From NCBI GenBank assembly GCA_030167865.1, contig JALAGF010004837.1, positions 124,001-188,000 of the forward strand: a DNA stretch of 64,000 nt, written 5' to 3'. Source of the stretch: Craspedostauros australis (Eukaryota). Below, piece by piece: positions 9,143 through 20,100 of this stretch. The position numbers and the translations under genes are program-made. Every line of letters starts with the position of its first letter. Position 1 is the stretch's first letter. The notes below the pieces were generated by a model. That model was given only the letters and a program-made list of their open reading frames with translations. It ran no database searches and had not been told where the DNA came from.

Positions 9143-11707
9143 ATGCAGAGACAGCCGATGGAGGCATCGAGACCAACGTCGGCTGCAACCATGGTTCCTC
9201 TGATCGTTGCCATCCTTGTGATGAGAGCAGATCAGACGGCTGCGTTTTCTTCCATTTCCTCGTCAGCGCGTGTGTTTGCATCCACTGGCATGCTGCAGCA
9301 GCCCAGGATATTAACGCTGACACCAGCACAGCAAAGAAGAATACGCTCTCAGCGCCAGCGTCAGCAGCAACACTGTCTGCAACAGCACCAGCACCGCCAG
9401 CCAAGAGGTCAGTCTGGATCCGAACTTGCCATGATGCCAGACCCGCACGATGCGGCCATGTGGATCGGAGGAGCATCGGAATTCGTGTCCAAGGCATTCG
9501 AAATGAATCCTTTCTCCAGCATGGGCTTCGAACTTCCCTTCCAGGACATGGGATCGGACCTGCAGAAGTCGCTCGATCTCAGCTCCGCCTTCAATCAGGG
9601 CAGATCCATCTCGGCCGAGGACACCCTCATGGTCATGGAGTCTCTAGGTCAGGATTTCCTCACCTTCCTGGCGGCCTCCGTTGTCGTCACCACCATCAGC
9701 AACGCCGTCGGTATCACGCCCATCTTGGGATACCTCCTGGCCGGTGCGATCCTGGGTCCCCACGGTGCCGACTTCTTCTCCAACGCGCAGACGGGGGTCA
9801 AGCTGGGAGATTTCGGAATTTTGTTTCTCTTATTCTCCGAAGGTCTCGAGGTCACCTCGCAGCGCCTCCGCAAGCTGGCAAACTACTTGCCGCTCGGAGG
9901 TGCGCAGATTTCGCTCACGACGGGCATCCTCACCGCCTGCCTGTTGCTGTCATCTCACCTCGTGCCCCTTACGTCGCCGCTCATGAACATCGACGATCCC
10001 ATGCAGGCCTTCATTCTCGCCGTCACGGGGGCGCTGTCGACGTCGGCGTTCATCTTCCCCGTGCTCAAGGAAAAGGGCTGGGAAGAGGAGCAGTCGGGAG
10101 AGGCGGCGACCACCATCCTGCTCCTGCAGGACCTGCTCGTGGCACCCTTGCTGGTGGTCCTCCCGTACTTGGCGTCGGACGGGCCCACCGATTTTAGCGC
10201 CATCGGCTTCCTCACTGCCAAGGCCACCATCGGCTTTGGACTTGTCATCGCTCTCGGATCCTACGTCGTGCAGCAGCTCTTCCGTGTTGTGGCGCAGACG
10301 CGATCCAGCGAGACCTTCGTGGCGCTCTGTCTCTTGGTGTCCGTGGGCATGGGGGAGATCGCGACGGCCTTGGGTCTCACTGACACGGCGGGCGCGTTTG
10401 CAGCGGGAGTCCTGCTGGCTAACACCAACTACAGAGCGCAGATACAGGCTGATATTCTCCCCTTCAAGGGAATCCTGCTGGGAATCTTCTTCATGGACGC
10501 GGGATCCAACTTCGATACAGGGCTGGTGCTCAACGAATGGGAGACGGTGCTCACGGGCGCCATCTCGTTAGTCGCGGCGAAGGCGGCCACCATGGCGCTT
10601 GCCACCAATATTCCGGAGCAATTCGAACGCAACAAACTGTCCAAGGCAGACGCGATCCGCGTGTCCATCCTCTTGGCGGGAGGCGGCGAGTTCGCGTTCC
10701 TCGTGTTGGCGTTGGCGCAAAAGATCGACGTGCTGCCGAAGGAACTGATCGGCCTGCTCACCGCCATCGTGCTGGTCACCATGGGTGTAACGCCTATTCT
10801 TGGCGATCTGGCAGCAAACCTGTCCGAGCCGTTCGTGTCGGATCCGCTGGGCAATGTCAACGGCAAGTCCAAACAGACGGATATGTCAACGACCTTGCCT
10901 GAAGATGCCATCGTAATTTGCGGTCACGGAGAAAGCGGAAGGGCCGTGCTGCGCGTCCTCGGCGAAGATCTCACGAACGAGCAAGAGGTGAACGGCGATC
11001 CACCCTCGATCGTCGCGTTCAGCCGCAACCCAGGTCTGGCGGACTGCTTCCTCATCCCTGGCAATGGAACGCTCGTCATGTACGGCGACGGCAGTAACCC
11101 GGAGGTCATCAAATCCTCCGGCATCGTCGCACCCAGAGCCATCTTCGTCACCTACGTCGACCACACGCGGGTGGAATCCGCCACCGCCCGGCTACGCTCG
11201 GCCTTCCCCAAGACCCCCATCTACTGCCGTGCCGCGAACCGCCGCGAGGCTCGCAATCTGAAGCTCGCTGGATCCTCCATCACCGTCGTCGAATGTGATG
11301 AGCTGGCGCGGTCCGTGCCGCAACTCATGAAGGGCACCTACGGACCGCTGGAGGATTCGGATTTTGACATCACTGAAGACGATCGGCTCGCGGCGTCGTC
11401 CGCGGCCAACATCCCTCTCCCCGTCGTGGACAGCCTCTTTGAGCTGTACGATTCGTTAGATATGTGCGCCAGCGGTTTGCTGGGTCGTGATGACATCATC
11501 GAGCTGTTCCGCAAGACGAAGGATGGCTTCGTCGCGTCCGACGGCGAAATCCAGGCCATGGAGCAATGGCTGGCCAGCACCCCAAGCGCGCACATGGATC
11601 CGTTGGACAAGGTGGAGTTCTGCAGACTTTACGCTCGTGCTCCTGATTTTGTGAAGGATTCCTTCGGCAGGATACGTGACGTCGAGCAGGGGAGCTTGCG
11701 ATACTGA
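9143..11707 (+). CDS. KEA3: Plastid K+/H+ antiporter, KEA3-like (CPA2/KefC membrane domain + KTN domain + EF-hand-like tail)
   Basis: KefC motifs PILGYLLAG, FGILFLLFSEGLE, LLLQDL, GAFAAGVLLA, PFKGILLGIFF and GGEFAF. KTN motifs ICGHGESG and YGDGS. Signal peptide ends ...QTAA-FSS. Start could be 9143, 9158 or 9191. Confidence 0.85.
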   Translation: MQRQPMEASRPTSAATMVPLIVAILVMRADQTAAFSSISSSARVFASTGMLQQPRILTLTPAQQRRIRSQRQRQQQHCLQQHQHRQPRGQSGSELAMMPDPHDAAMWIGGASEFVSKAFEMNPFSSMGFELPFQDMGSDLQKSLDLSSAFNQGRSISAEDTLMVMESLGQDFLTFLAASVVVTTISNAVGITPILGYLLAGAILGPHGADFFSNAQTGVKLGDFGILFLLFSEGLEVTSQRLRKLANYLPLGGAQISLTTGILTACLLLSSHLVPLTSPLMNIDDPMQAFILAVTGALSTSAFIFPVLKEKGWEEEQSGEAATTILLLQDLLVAPLLVVLPYLASDGPTDFSAIGFLTAKATIGFGLVIALGSYVVQQLFRVVAQTRSSETFVALCLLVSVGMGEIATALGLTDTAGAFAAGVLLANTNYRAQIQADILPFKGILLGIFFMDAGSNFDTGLVLNEWETVLTGAISLVAAKAATMALATNIPEQFERNKLSKADAIRVSILLAGGGEFAFLVLALAQKIDVLPKELIGLLTAIVLVTMGVTPILGDLAANLSEPFVSDPLGNVNGKSKQTDMSTTLPEDAIVICGHGESGRAVLRVLGEDLTNEQEVNGDPPSIVAFSRNPGLADCFLIPGNGTLVMYGDGSNPEVIKSSGIVAPRAIFVTYVDHTRVESATARLRSAFPKTPIYCRAANRREARNLKLAGSSITVVECDELARSVPQLMKGTYGPLEDSDFDITEDDRLAASSAANIPLPVVDSLFELYDSLDMCASGLLGRDDIIELFRKTKDGFVASDGEIQAMEQWLASTPSAHMDPLDKVEFCRLYARAPDFVKDSFGRIRDVEQGSLRY

Positions 11708-12732
11708 AGAGTTGATGGAAGAGAGTTGAGCTAAGCTCACACGAGCTGAATCGACTTGACTTGGCCTGGCTTGACTTAAGATGACACACCCGGCGTGTCG
11801 GATGGATGAGTCGGTGGATGGATGCGATGAGAGCCATGAGCATAGCTGTGTGCAAGCGCGCAGCCGCATGAAGAGAGAGAGAGAGGAGCTCTCCGAGGTA
11901 TGGTACACAAGCATGCGCTTGCGGTGGAATAAGCACTAAATAATAATAGAAAAGAACGGACTGAACCGAGCTGAATTGATCCTTGAACGCCACAGAGGGT
12001 GGAGAAATACTATGTACTCCATGGAGTATATGGCTATACTTCATGCCCTAGCTCGTATGTAGTCTACGCTGAAGAGAAGACTCGCTGGGGACTTCTTTTC
12101 ACCTTTCTCAGTCTTGGTGACGAAAGCCAATGACGCGGACGTGGTGGTGACCGCGATCAAATTCGTGGCGATGATGCGCGAAGGACAACCAAGAAAAAAG
12201 CTGTCACGCGGGTTCATTTCACATCTTTTTCTTCTTCGTTCTGCCAGCTTCACTGACATTGGCGGCACGTGTCGGCCATGGTGGATCGCTGCCGTGTCAT
12301 GTATCAGAACTTCTGCGTGTGTCACAGTGAATACGAGCTCCTCCACCTCCATTCCCACAACCTCTTTGGAGCTGAGTGCTTGACTGTTATCGCCACAGTT
12401 GTCACCATCGTTGTTGCCCATGGGTGCAGCTTGCTACCATCAATTCAATTGTGCAAACACAACCTTGCATTACCTGCAATCACTCCTCAGCAGCAAGAGA
12501 GTGAACCGAAACCCTTGCATCATACTATACCAACACTCGTGTCCACGAGCGCAACCACTGGCAGAGGCATTGCACTATACCCCACTCCTTCTCCTCGCAT
12601 GGTGTAACACAAGACACAATATCACAAAGTAGGATACTGTGATATTACATTATCAAATAGTATATTATATTATATTCTATAATACAACCAGCACACGAGT
12701 GCAGCACATAGGGCAAGGCGAGCCAATACACG

Positions 12733-15700
12733 ATGACGGAACGAAGCGAAGACAGCGTCCCAACGCGGAAGGAGACGAACAAACCCGCCATGAAGTGGTC
12801 AGACACGATGAAGGCCGACACGTCGCTGCAGATGGATGCGTGCGTTCAGGTTGCGCTGGACAGGACGGTGCAGATCACCAGATACGAACGTGCGATGGGC
12901 AAATTCATCCACGAGGTGGCCATGCAGTACGCCAACTGCAATCAGGGTCTTCATCATGCCTTGAACGACATCCCGGCCGACAAGGACGGCCTCAAGAACA
13001 AGCTGTCGGGACTGCGGGGGCATTACAAGGGCGTGTCAATCAAATACATGCAGCAGCTGTATCCTGCATTGCAAAAGTCTATCCAATCCAGCGAGACCGC
13101 CATCAACGCGTCTCGGTCGCAGTACATTGCGACTCGCAATCAGGCGCTTGAGATGCGCAAGCAATTCCGCTTCGAGAAGCAAAAGCTGCGTGAGACCATC
13201 GAATCGGCCGAACTTCAGATCGTTCGGTGGTACAACGCCTACGACCTCAGCGTTCCGGAAGAGGACAGCGCCCAACCGGCTCTCGTGGAAGTCAACGCAG
13301 CAGCCAAAGATGACGACGACGACGGTGATGAAGATGGAGACAACGCAACAGCACCAGCTTGGGCACGGACCGTCCGTCGACTTGGCCAATGCGATGCATC
13401 CACAGCTGACGCTACGGTTGCCAGGATCAATGACGTCATGTCCCAACATGGAAAGATTCTGGAATGCAAGCGGCGTTACGATACATTCATCGCCACCTAC
13501 CGAAAGACCTGGGATGACGTCCTCAACAAGTTCCAAACCATCGATGATAGCGGTCTCGCATTCCTTGCAGAAACGGTGCTGCGACCGATCGTCAACCGAC
13601 GCGACGTCGTGCCCGAAACGCGCATCGCAAACTCTGCGCTGAACTCGGCCACCAAGTCGCAGCAGCAGGATAAGGAGGACAATCTGGCCGTGACGCTCGA
13701 AAAGAAGCGCAAGGATATCATGGCCAACCTATTTCAACAAAAGAACGTCGCTGCCTACGAACCAGGGCAGGGGGTCTTCGAGGCAGAGACTCTGGGTCTG
13801 CCACGTGCCATCGGCGAGCTCCGCGATAACCTCAAGGCGAAGTTCGCAGATCATGCCAACCAGCTGGCCTCCCTTCGCCTCATCGCCACCATCCTCGACA
13901 GGATCGTCGTCGCTGCGGACAAGCTTGTGGATGCCATCCAGAGGCTTGCACAAGATGGAGAGCAAAATCGCAACGACCCCATCACCCTCTCAAAGCAGCA
14001 GCAGAACAATCGGCAGAACGATCAGCAACAGCAACCGCAGCAAACCCAACAGACTCAGCACAATCAACAGCAGCGCCAATGGAAAGTTTCGGCAGCATCC
14101 GTTGGGCCGATCACGGTGGGAGTTACAGATCAGATCATGCAAGCCTTCCTCGCGGAAGCCCGCGCCATCGCAGAATGGTCTCAACGCATACGCCATGTGC
14201 GTCAAAACAAGATCAATCCTTTCCTCTCCACGGCTGCCAAGCAGATGCAACTGGAGCTGGACTCGGATGATGCGGCTTGGACGATGCTATGTGACGCTGC
14301 CAGACGCCAGTCGAAGGTGGCAAGCAAATACAAGCAGACACTTCTCGACAATGAGAAGATCCGCGAGCGAGCCCGATCCACGGATACCCTGAGCCAGCGC
14401 TCCACGAGCGAAGACTTTGATGCTGACAACGGCAGTCCTGGCACTGAAAACGGCAGCAACAGCAGAAGGGGAAGCCTGACCTCACCGCGATCAGGCAACA
14501 AGTTCTCGAAGGCGCTGTCAAGGTTGCCATCGCTGCCGGGCAGATCGTCCTCGGCAGCATCGGAGAGCTCCAACAATGAAGGCTCGGAGGCTGCCTTCAA
14601 CCCCAAGAAGGTGACCCAGGCATTCGGCAACATGCTGTCCGCCACAGCCAATAGCGCTGGAAATGCAATGAAGAACCTCAACCTTGACGGTGGTCTTGGT
14701 GTGGGTGCGAAGAAGGAGGTGGACGAGACGAAGGGCCGGCAGACTTTGGATTCGGCCGACGCCAACAAATCCAGAGCGATGACATCATACAAATCCTTCA
14801 CGGAGGAACGACTGAAAAAGGTCATGGAGTACGAACAGCACGGGGCCAGTAGCTCGCGGACTGCATGGGATGCCATGCTGTCAGGGCTTGAAGTTCTGAA
14901 CGTTTCCAACGCTGCGATGAAGGAGGCGGAGGATATCATCAAGGTAGAGTGCGAGAAGCTGTCGCAGGAGAACTCTCATTGGCTGACCGGTATCGCATCG
15001 AAGATTGCCCCAATGGCCAGCCAGAAGCAGGGAGACAACTTGCTCGAACTTAACCTGCATGGTCTGGACCGCAGCACAGGATCGTCGGCGATTGACTATG
15101 TCAGGACGCTCAATGACGAAAACGATGGGAAAACGAAGAGCTCTGCTGCTGCGGATGATGATGAAGATCTTTCTGATGCATTCGTCGAGACAGTTCAAGG
15201 GCTGCGAACCCAGTACCACGATCGTTTGGAGATGGCAAAGTCGAACGGAGCGAGCAACGGCAGTCCCAGCCGAAGACAGGGGCTGATGTCTTCGGATTCC
15301 AGACCTGACCAGTCTCAAGGCATGAATCCGAGTGAACTTCCGGAGGTTCGAGCCAAACGATCATTCAGCGAGACCTTCTTCGAGAATGGAAACAAGGAGC
15401 AGATTCCGCAGCTTGTCGCGAGCTACACATGCACGTATCGGCCGAAGGACAAAGGATTGTCGCTCACAACGCCTATCAATGGAATGCTTTACGTGACCGA
15501 GAGCGCGCTCTACGTTGCCACTTCCAACGATCGCAAATTTATTACTCCATGGACCTCCGTGGTCTCCTTGAAGAAGGAGAAGTCCTTCATCGGTGGAGAG
15601 AATGCGATCCTGCTAACACACAAATCAAGCAAGGACACATCAGCCTTCGTCATCGGCAAGCTCCAGAACAGAGATGAGACGCTGAGCCAGATGCAGCGCA

Positions 15701-16698
15701 TCTTGGCAAAAGCGATGCCACCACCATCGTCGCCGCCTACCGCTGGAGATGTCGCGGCGGGGACAACTGGTATCGCTGTTAACATCAGCCCCGACTCCGT
15801 GGTCAACAAGAAGATGGTGAGGATATTTGAAAAATCGCTCTACAAGGTGGACATCCCTCGATTTTACAACGTCGTGTTCTCAGAGGGCGACGGCACGACT
15901 GGTGGTCCCTTTTACGGAGACTTCCTGACGAAGGAAGGGTGCTTTGAATTGAAGGTTGGCGATTGGGAGTTTGCAAAAGATGGCGAGCCCTTCGAAGCGT
16001 CGTGGTGCGGAGAATCGTACACGCAACGCAGGACGGTCAAGTTTAAGTTCAACCGAAAGACACACTTGTATATCGGCCCTCCCGTGGCGGAGGTGAAGCA
16101 GACTCAGTACTGCCGCATCGAAGGCAAGGAACGATGCATCGTCGCTATGGTGCTAAGCTTTGATGGGATCCCGTACGCCGATTGCTTCTACGTGCATGCT
16201 CGATGGGCCACAAGGAAAGACGGTGTCGACGGTCTGAAGGTGGAGGTTGGTATTCAGGTAGAGTTCCGCAAGAAGACGATCCTTGCCAGTCAGATCAAGA
16301 CAGGGACTATTGCAGAAACGACGCCGGTTCACCAGCGTTTGTTCGAGGAGGCGAGGAAGGCGCTCGGCGTGGATGCGCCGCAGGGAGACGATGAAGCCGA
16401 AGAAGAGCCGGTAGACCGAAGCATGGAGGCCGCTGCCACCGTGGCGACGTCCGAAGGAATCTTCGGTTCATTGCAAGGCATCATCAGCATGATTCCAGTC
16501 AACAGGAGCTTTCTGTTTGGAGCAGGGACTGTCTTGGGGCTGGTGTTGTTGAATGGCTGGTTAGCAGGTGGTGGCGCCGACCATGTTTCATCGAACGAGA
16601 TCAGGGCCATGAAGGCGCAGATGGATGAAATGCAGCAAACACTGCAGCAAGTTCTGTTAATCGTGAACAGCAGCAGCAACAACAACAGAAGCAAATAA
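12733..16698 (+). CDS. GRAM + VASt (StART-like) lipid/sterol-transfer membrane protein with long helical N-terminus (Lam/GRAMD1-like)
   Basis: 1321-aa intronless ORF. GRAM-like segment (YTCTY...NGMLYVTESALY...IPWTSV-like...NAI...NRDET) at about 15410-15705. VASt-like segment (QRRTVKF...GPP...QTQ...GIPYADCFYVHARW...VEFRKKT...IKTG) at about 15800-16360. One C-terminal TM helix and a short coiled coil. Confidence 0.75.
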   Translation: MTERSEDSVPTRKETNKPAMKWSDTMKADTSLQMDACVQVALDRTVQITRYERAMGKFIHEVAMQYANCNQGLHHALNDIPADKDGLKNKLSGLRGHYKGVSIKYMQQLYPALQKSIQSSETAINASRSQYIATRNQALEMRKQFRFEKQKLRETIESAELQIVRWYNAYDLSVPEEDSAQPALVEVNAAAKDDDDDGDEDGDNATAPAWARTVRRLGQCDASTADATVARINDVMSQHGKILECKRRYDTFIATYRKTWDDVLNKFQTIDDSGLAFLAETVLRPIVNRRDVVPETRIANSALNSATKSQQQDKEDNLAVTLEKKRKDIMANLFQQKNVAAYEPGQGVFEAETLGLPRAIGELRDNLKAKFADHANQLASLRLIATILDRIVVAADKLVDAIQRLAQDGEQNRNDPITLSKQQQNNRQNDQQQQPQQTQQTQHNQQQRQWKVSAASVGPITVGVTDQIMQAFLAEARAIAEWSQRIRHVRQNKINPFLSTAAKQMQLELDSDDAAWTMLCDAARRQSKVASKYKQTLLDNEKIRERARSTDTLSQRSTSEDFDADNGSPGTENGSNSRRGSLTSPRSGNKFSKALSRLPSLPGRSSSAASESSNNEGSEAAFNPKKVTQAFGNMLSATANSAGNAMKNLNLDGGLGVGAKKEVDETKGRQTLDSADANKSRAMTSYKSFTEERLKKVMEYEQHGASSSRTAWDAMLSGLEVLNVSNAAMKEAEDIIKVECEKLSQENSHWLTGIASKIAPMASQKQGDNLLELNLHGLDRSTGSSAIDYVRTLNDENDGKTKSSAAADDDEDLSDAFVETVQGLRTQYHDRLEMAKSNGASNGSPSRRQGLMSSDSRPDQSQGMNPSELPEVRAKRSFSETFFENGNKEQIPQLVASYTCTYRPKDKGLSLTTPINGMLYVTESALYVATSNDRKFITPWTSVVSLKKEKSFIGGENAILLTHKSSKDTSAFVIGKLQNRDETLSQMQRILAKAMPPPSSPPTAGDVAAGTTGIAVNISPDSVVNKKMVRIFEKSLYKVDIPRFYNVVFSEGDGTTGGPFYGDFLTKEGCFELKVGDWEFAKDGEPFEASWCGESYTQRRTVKFKFNRKTHLYIGPPVAEVKQTQYCRIEGKERCIVAMVLSFDGIPYADCFYVHARWATRKDGVDGLKVEVGIQVEFRKKTILASQIKTGTIAETTPVHQRLFEEARKALGVDAPQGDDEAEEEPVDRSMEAAATVATSEGIFGSLQGIISMIPVNRSFLFGAGTVLGLVLLNGWLAGGGADHVSSNEIRAMKAQMDEMQQTLQQVLLIVNSSSNNNRSK

Positions 16699-17173
16699 TG
16701 GCATGAAAACCAAAGTACGAGCATACAGTACGAGTGGAGCACTTGAAACAAGTCGTAGGCACGTGACATGTGCGACCTGCCATGCGACTCCTATACAGGC
16801 ATCCAAGCTGAGCAGCATCTATTGTGGCTTCCGCGAGAAGTTGCTATGCTTGTATGTCGTGCATTTAACATGTGCTCTATGAGTGTAACTTATTCTTGTG
16901 ATCACTTTCTCTGCGTGCGTGTTTTGTGTCCACCCATCGAAGAGCGTATTGCCTGTGGTTGATGGCCGTGTTTCATGCCAAGATGGGTGCTCCACGAATA
17001 CACCACGAATGCGAAAGTCATCATTCTCTGAGCCCGGCGAAAGTGTGAGAGTTGATCATGGGCAGGTGGCGGATGATTGCCAGGTAAAAGCACCTTCGTC
17101 ACATCGGAGAGCAATTGAAGCTTGCATACATACTCGTAGTCTTGCTCGCACTCGTACTCCGTTGTATGTGCGC

Positions 17174-20100
17174 TTATGCGTTGCAGTCCGGACACCAGAC
17201 ACAACCGCAGTCATGGCCATCATATCCAGCCGAGTCATCATCCTTCTCTTCGATCTCTTCTCGCTGAACACCATCTGGGGTCACGGGGGCCAAGGCGTCG
17301 TAGTCAACGGATGACGCGCTGCTCTCTGAGGCATTGGGGTCCTTGCGGAGCACGACGATGGTGATCCTTTGCTCGTCCTTGATGACCTTCTTCAATTCGC
17401 CGATATTCTTGAAGTCATGGTGATCCGTACCGTTCAACTCAAGGACCTTGTCACCGGCGATCACGGGAGTTTTGGCGAACAGTCCACCTGATGGAACCTT
17501 TCGGACGTAGTACTTGCCATTCTTTTCCTCCACCTTCAGCCCTGCGTCTTGCTTCGGGTTGGACTTGCCGACAGTCACAGTGATGACGTCCCCTGGTTGG
17601 AACATGTCTGCTGGAGTGAGCTTCTTTCCACTCGGTCCTGTGACCGGTTTCCCATCCTCACCGAACTCATTCTTTCCATCACCAGATTGGGAGCCATCCT
17701 CTTTCTTCTTGTTGAGCTGATTCAACTTGTCAGCTCTGGACTTTGGCTCCTTCTGTTGTGCCTGGCCACCATCATCATCGTCATCATCATCAGCGAAATC
17801 ATCTTCATCGGAATCGTCATCATCGTCATCATCAGCTGCCCCACGGTTCTTCTTGGATGATGAATTCGCACGGTTTTGTTCCTTTGGGATGTGTGTATGG
17901 ATCGACAGCAGCGTGAGATGGTGGTATAGCAGTACGTACGTGATGTCGTGGTTTCGATTTCACCGAGTGGAAAACAACATGGAGGGAGAGAGAGAGAGCG
18001 CAAATTGCAAGCATGATTGAGGCAAGGAATGGTGTCATTCATGCGGGAGCAGAAAGGTGAGCGTGTGGCACAAATATGTGTACAATCGGCCGGTACTGTT
18101 CGCATGGCGAATGCACGCTTACAGGGGGGACTGTACTCGGCGGCATTCTGGCGAGGTTCTGGAGAGAGCAGCAGCATGGTATGGCACTCTTGTATGCATG
18201 CGAGTATCACAAGAATTGTATTGCATTGTATTGCATTGCATCGTTGCCAAACGGACAGTAGTATCGGTGCCACCAGCTTCAGCAGCAAAAGAGCAGAAAC
18301 AGCAGCAGGGAAATGGACAATATCTTACCTCTTCGCCACCCTCATCATCGCTGCCTTCGTCATCTGCCTCGTCCATGACGTAGCCACACTTGTCGCAAAC
18401 GAGGTCTCCTTCTTCATCTCGTTCGGCATTGGCGTTAAGGTGGCCGCAATGCTCGCATTCAGTGACGGGGACATCGCCTGAATTTGCTGGGTTGGACGCC
18501 AGCTATCGTTGTGAATCATTGAGACAGTTCAGGTTTGGCGGCATATTATAGGTGACGTTGTGCGTGAAACGATAATTGAAGGAATGGTGAGGGACACACA
18601 TGCGAAAGGAATGAAATGGTGTGTATGAAGGATGATTGTCAATTCCTATGGGACATGGCCGCAGACGTTGAACGATACCATCTTCGGGCACAACCAAGCA
18701 ACGTAGAGCATGCATGAATTCGAACAGACCCTCAAGGCATACAAGCATGTACGTGTGGTGACAACTTTGAGTTTGGTGGAGAGACGACAAGGAGGGTCGC
18801 ATTTGTCGTTGGGATGCCGTACGTACTTCTTCAGGGAGGACTTCACCGCAAGCCTCGCACACCATGTCACCATCTTCGTCGCGAACAGGGTTCACGTTGA
18901 CGTGACCACAGTCCTCGCATTCGATTTCAGGCGAACCACCAGACGCCTGTTCGAGGTGATCAGAAGTGCAACACCAGAATGAATGCAGAGGAATAAAGTA
19001 GGAGAGAAACAGTAGTGAGTGGGTGTGATCCAGAACGTGTAAGTGCAAAAGGCAAAGGCAAGGCATTCTGAATGGAATTATGCAGCAACAACCTGGCTTT
19101 TCATGCTTTCATGATGAAACAGGCAGGAGCATGATGTTCACAAGATGCGTTGCTGCTGTTGCTGCTGCTGTAATAGCACACTTACGTTTCTGTTGCCACC
19201 AGCGGCTGGATTGGAGCTTGCCTTGCCTCCATCATCTTCATCATCGCTGCCATCGTCAGTCTCCTCGTCGCTGTCGTTCAGGACGGTGTCACACTTCTCG
19301 CAAACCAAGTCGCCATCTTCATCTTCTTCAAGATTGACGTTGTCATGTCCGCACTCGTCGCAGTGGTGGACCTGTGTTCGATGAAGTCAGTGAATTTGTG
19401 ACATAAGGGTAGGAGGGTATGGCAGGACGAGATATCGTCCAATCAAGCAAAGCATGGGTAGAATACAATGTGAGTGCGAGTGCACCACGCACCATTGTGC
19501 ACCATCGTCAAGTACCATGCAGCATTGTGCACATGAAGACTTTGAACTCTTCCGATCGAATGGCTGAGTTGCAATCGAGCACATAGAGCATACCACCGGC
19601 AAGGGTACATGCGTTTGCACACACACCAGCTCGCGAATGCAACAGAATAGTTCTCGGTAGACAAAAGCAGTTCACTCACAGTTGGCTTCGAGTCATCTTG
19701 AGGTGCGAGGACGAGTGCGTTGGAGGTGGCGCCAGGTCCAGCAGAAGCAGCAGCCCCGCTTCGTGGCGAATCATCGTCATCGTCGCTATCATCCTGCTGT
19801 CCTCTCTTTTTGCTTCCACCTTTGCCTTTGTCCTTGTCCTTGCCTTTATCTTTGCCCTTATCCTTGCCCTTGCTCTTGCTCTTGTCTTTGCCCTTGTCCT
19901 TGTCATGGCCCTTGCCCTTGTCCTTGCCTTTGTCTTTGCGCTTGCTTTTGCGGTCGTTGCGCTCGTCGCTGTCATCGTCATCGATGTCGTCATCGCTGTC
20001 ATCGTCCTGGGCAACACGGCTCTTCTTGCTGTCCTTGGGTGGCTTGTTGGACTTTCCCTTCTTGTCTTTCTCCTTATCCTTGCTTTTGCCCTTGCTTTTG

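Noticed and set aside
18329-19371. Zinc-ribbon exons considered as a TFIIB/BRF gene or transposon fragments
   Set aside because: No cyclin-fold repeats or transposase/RT domains are nearby, and the exons splice in frame into the PDZ gene.
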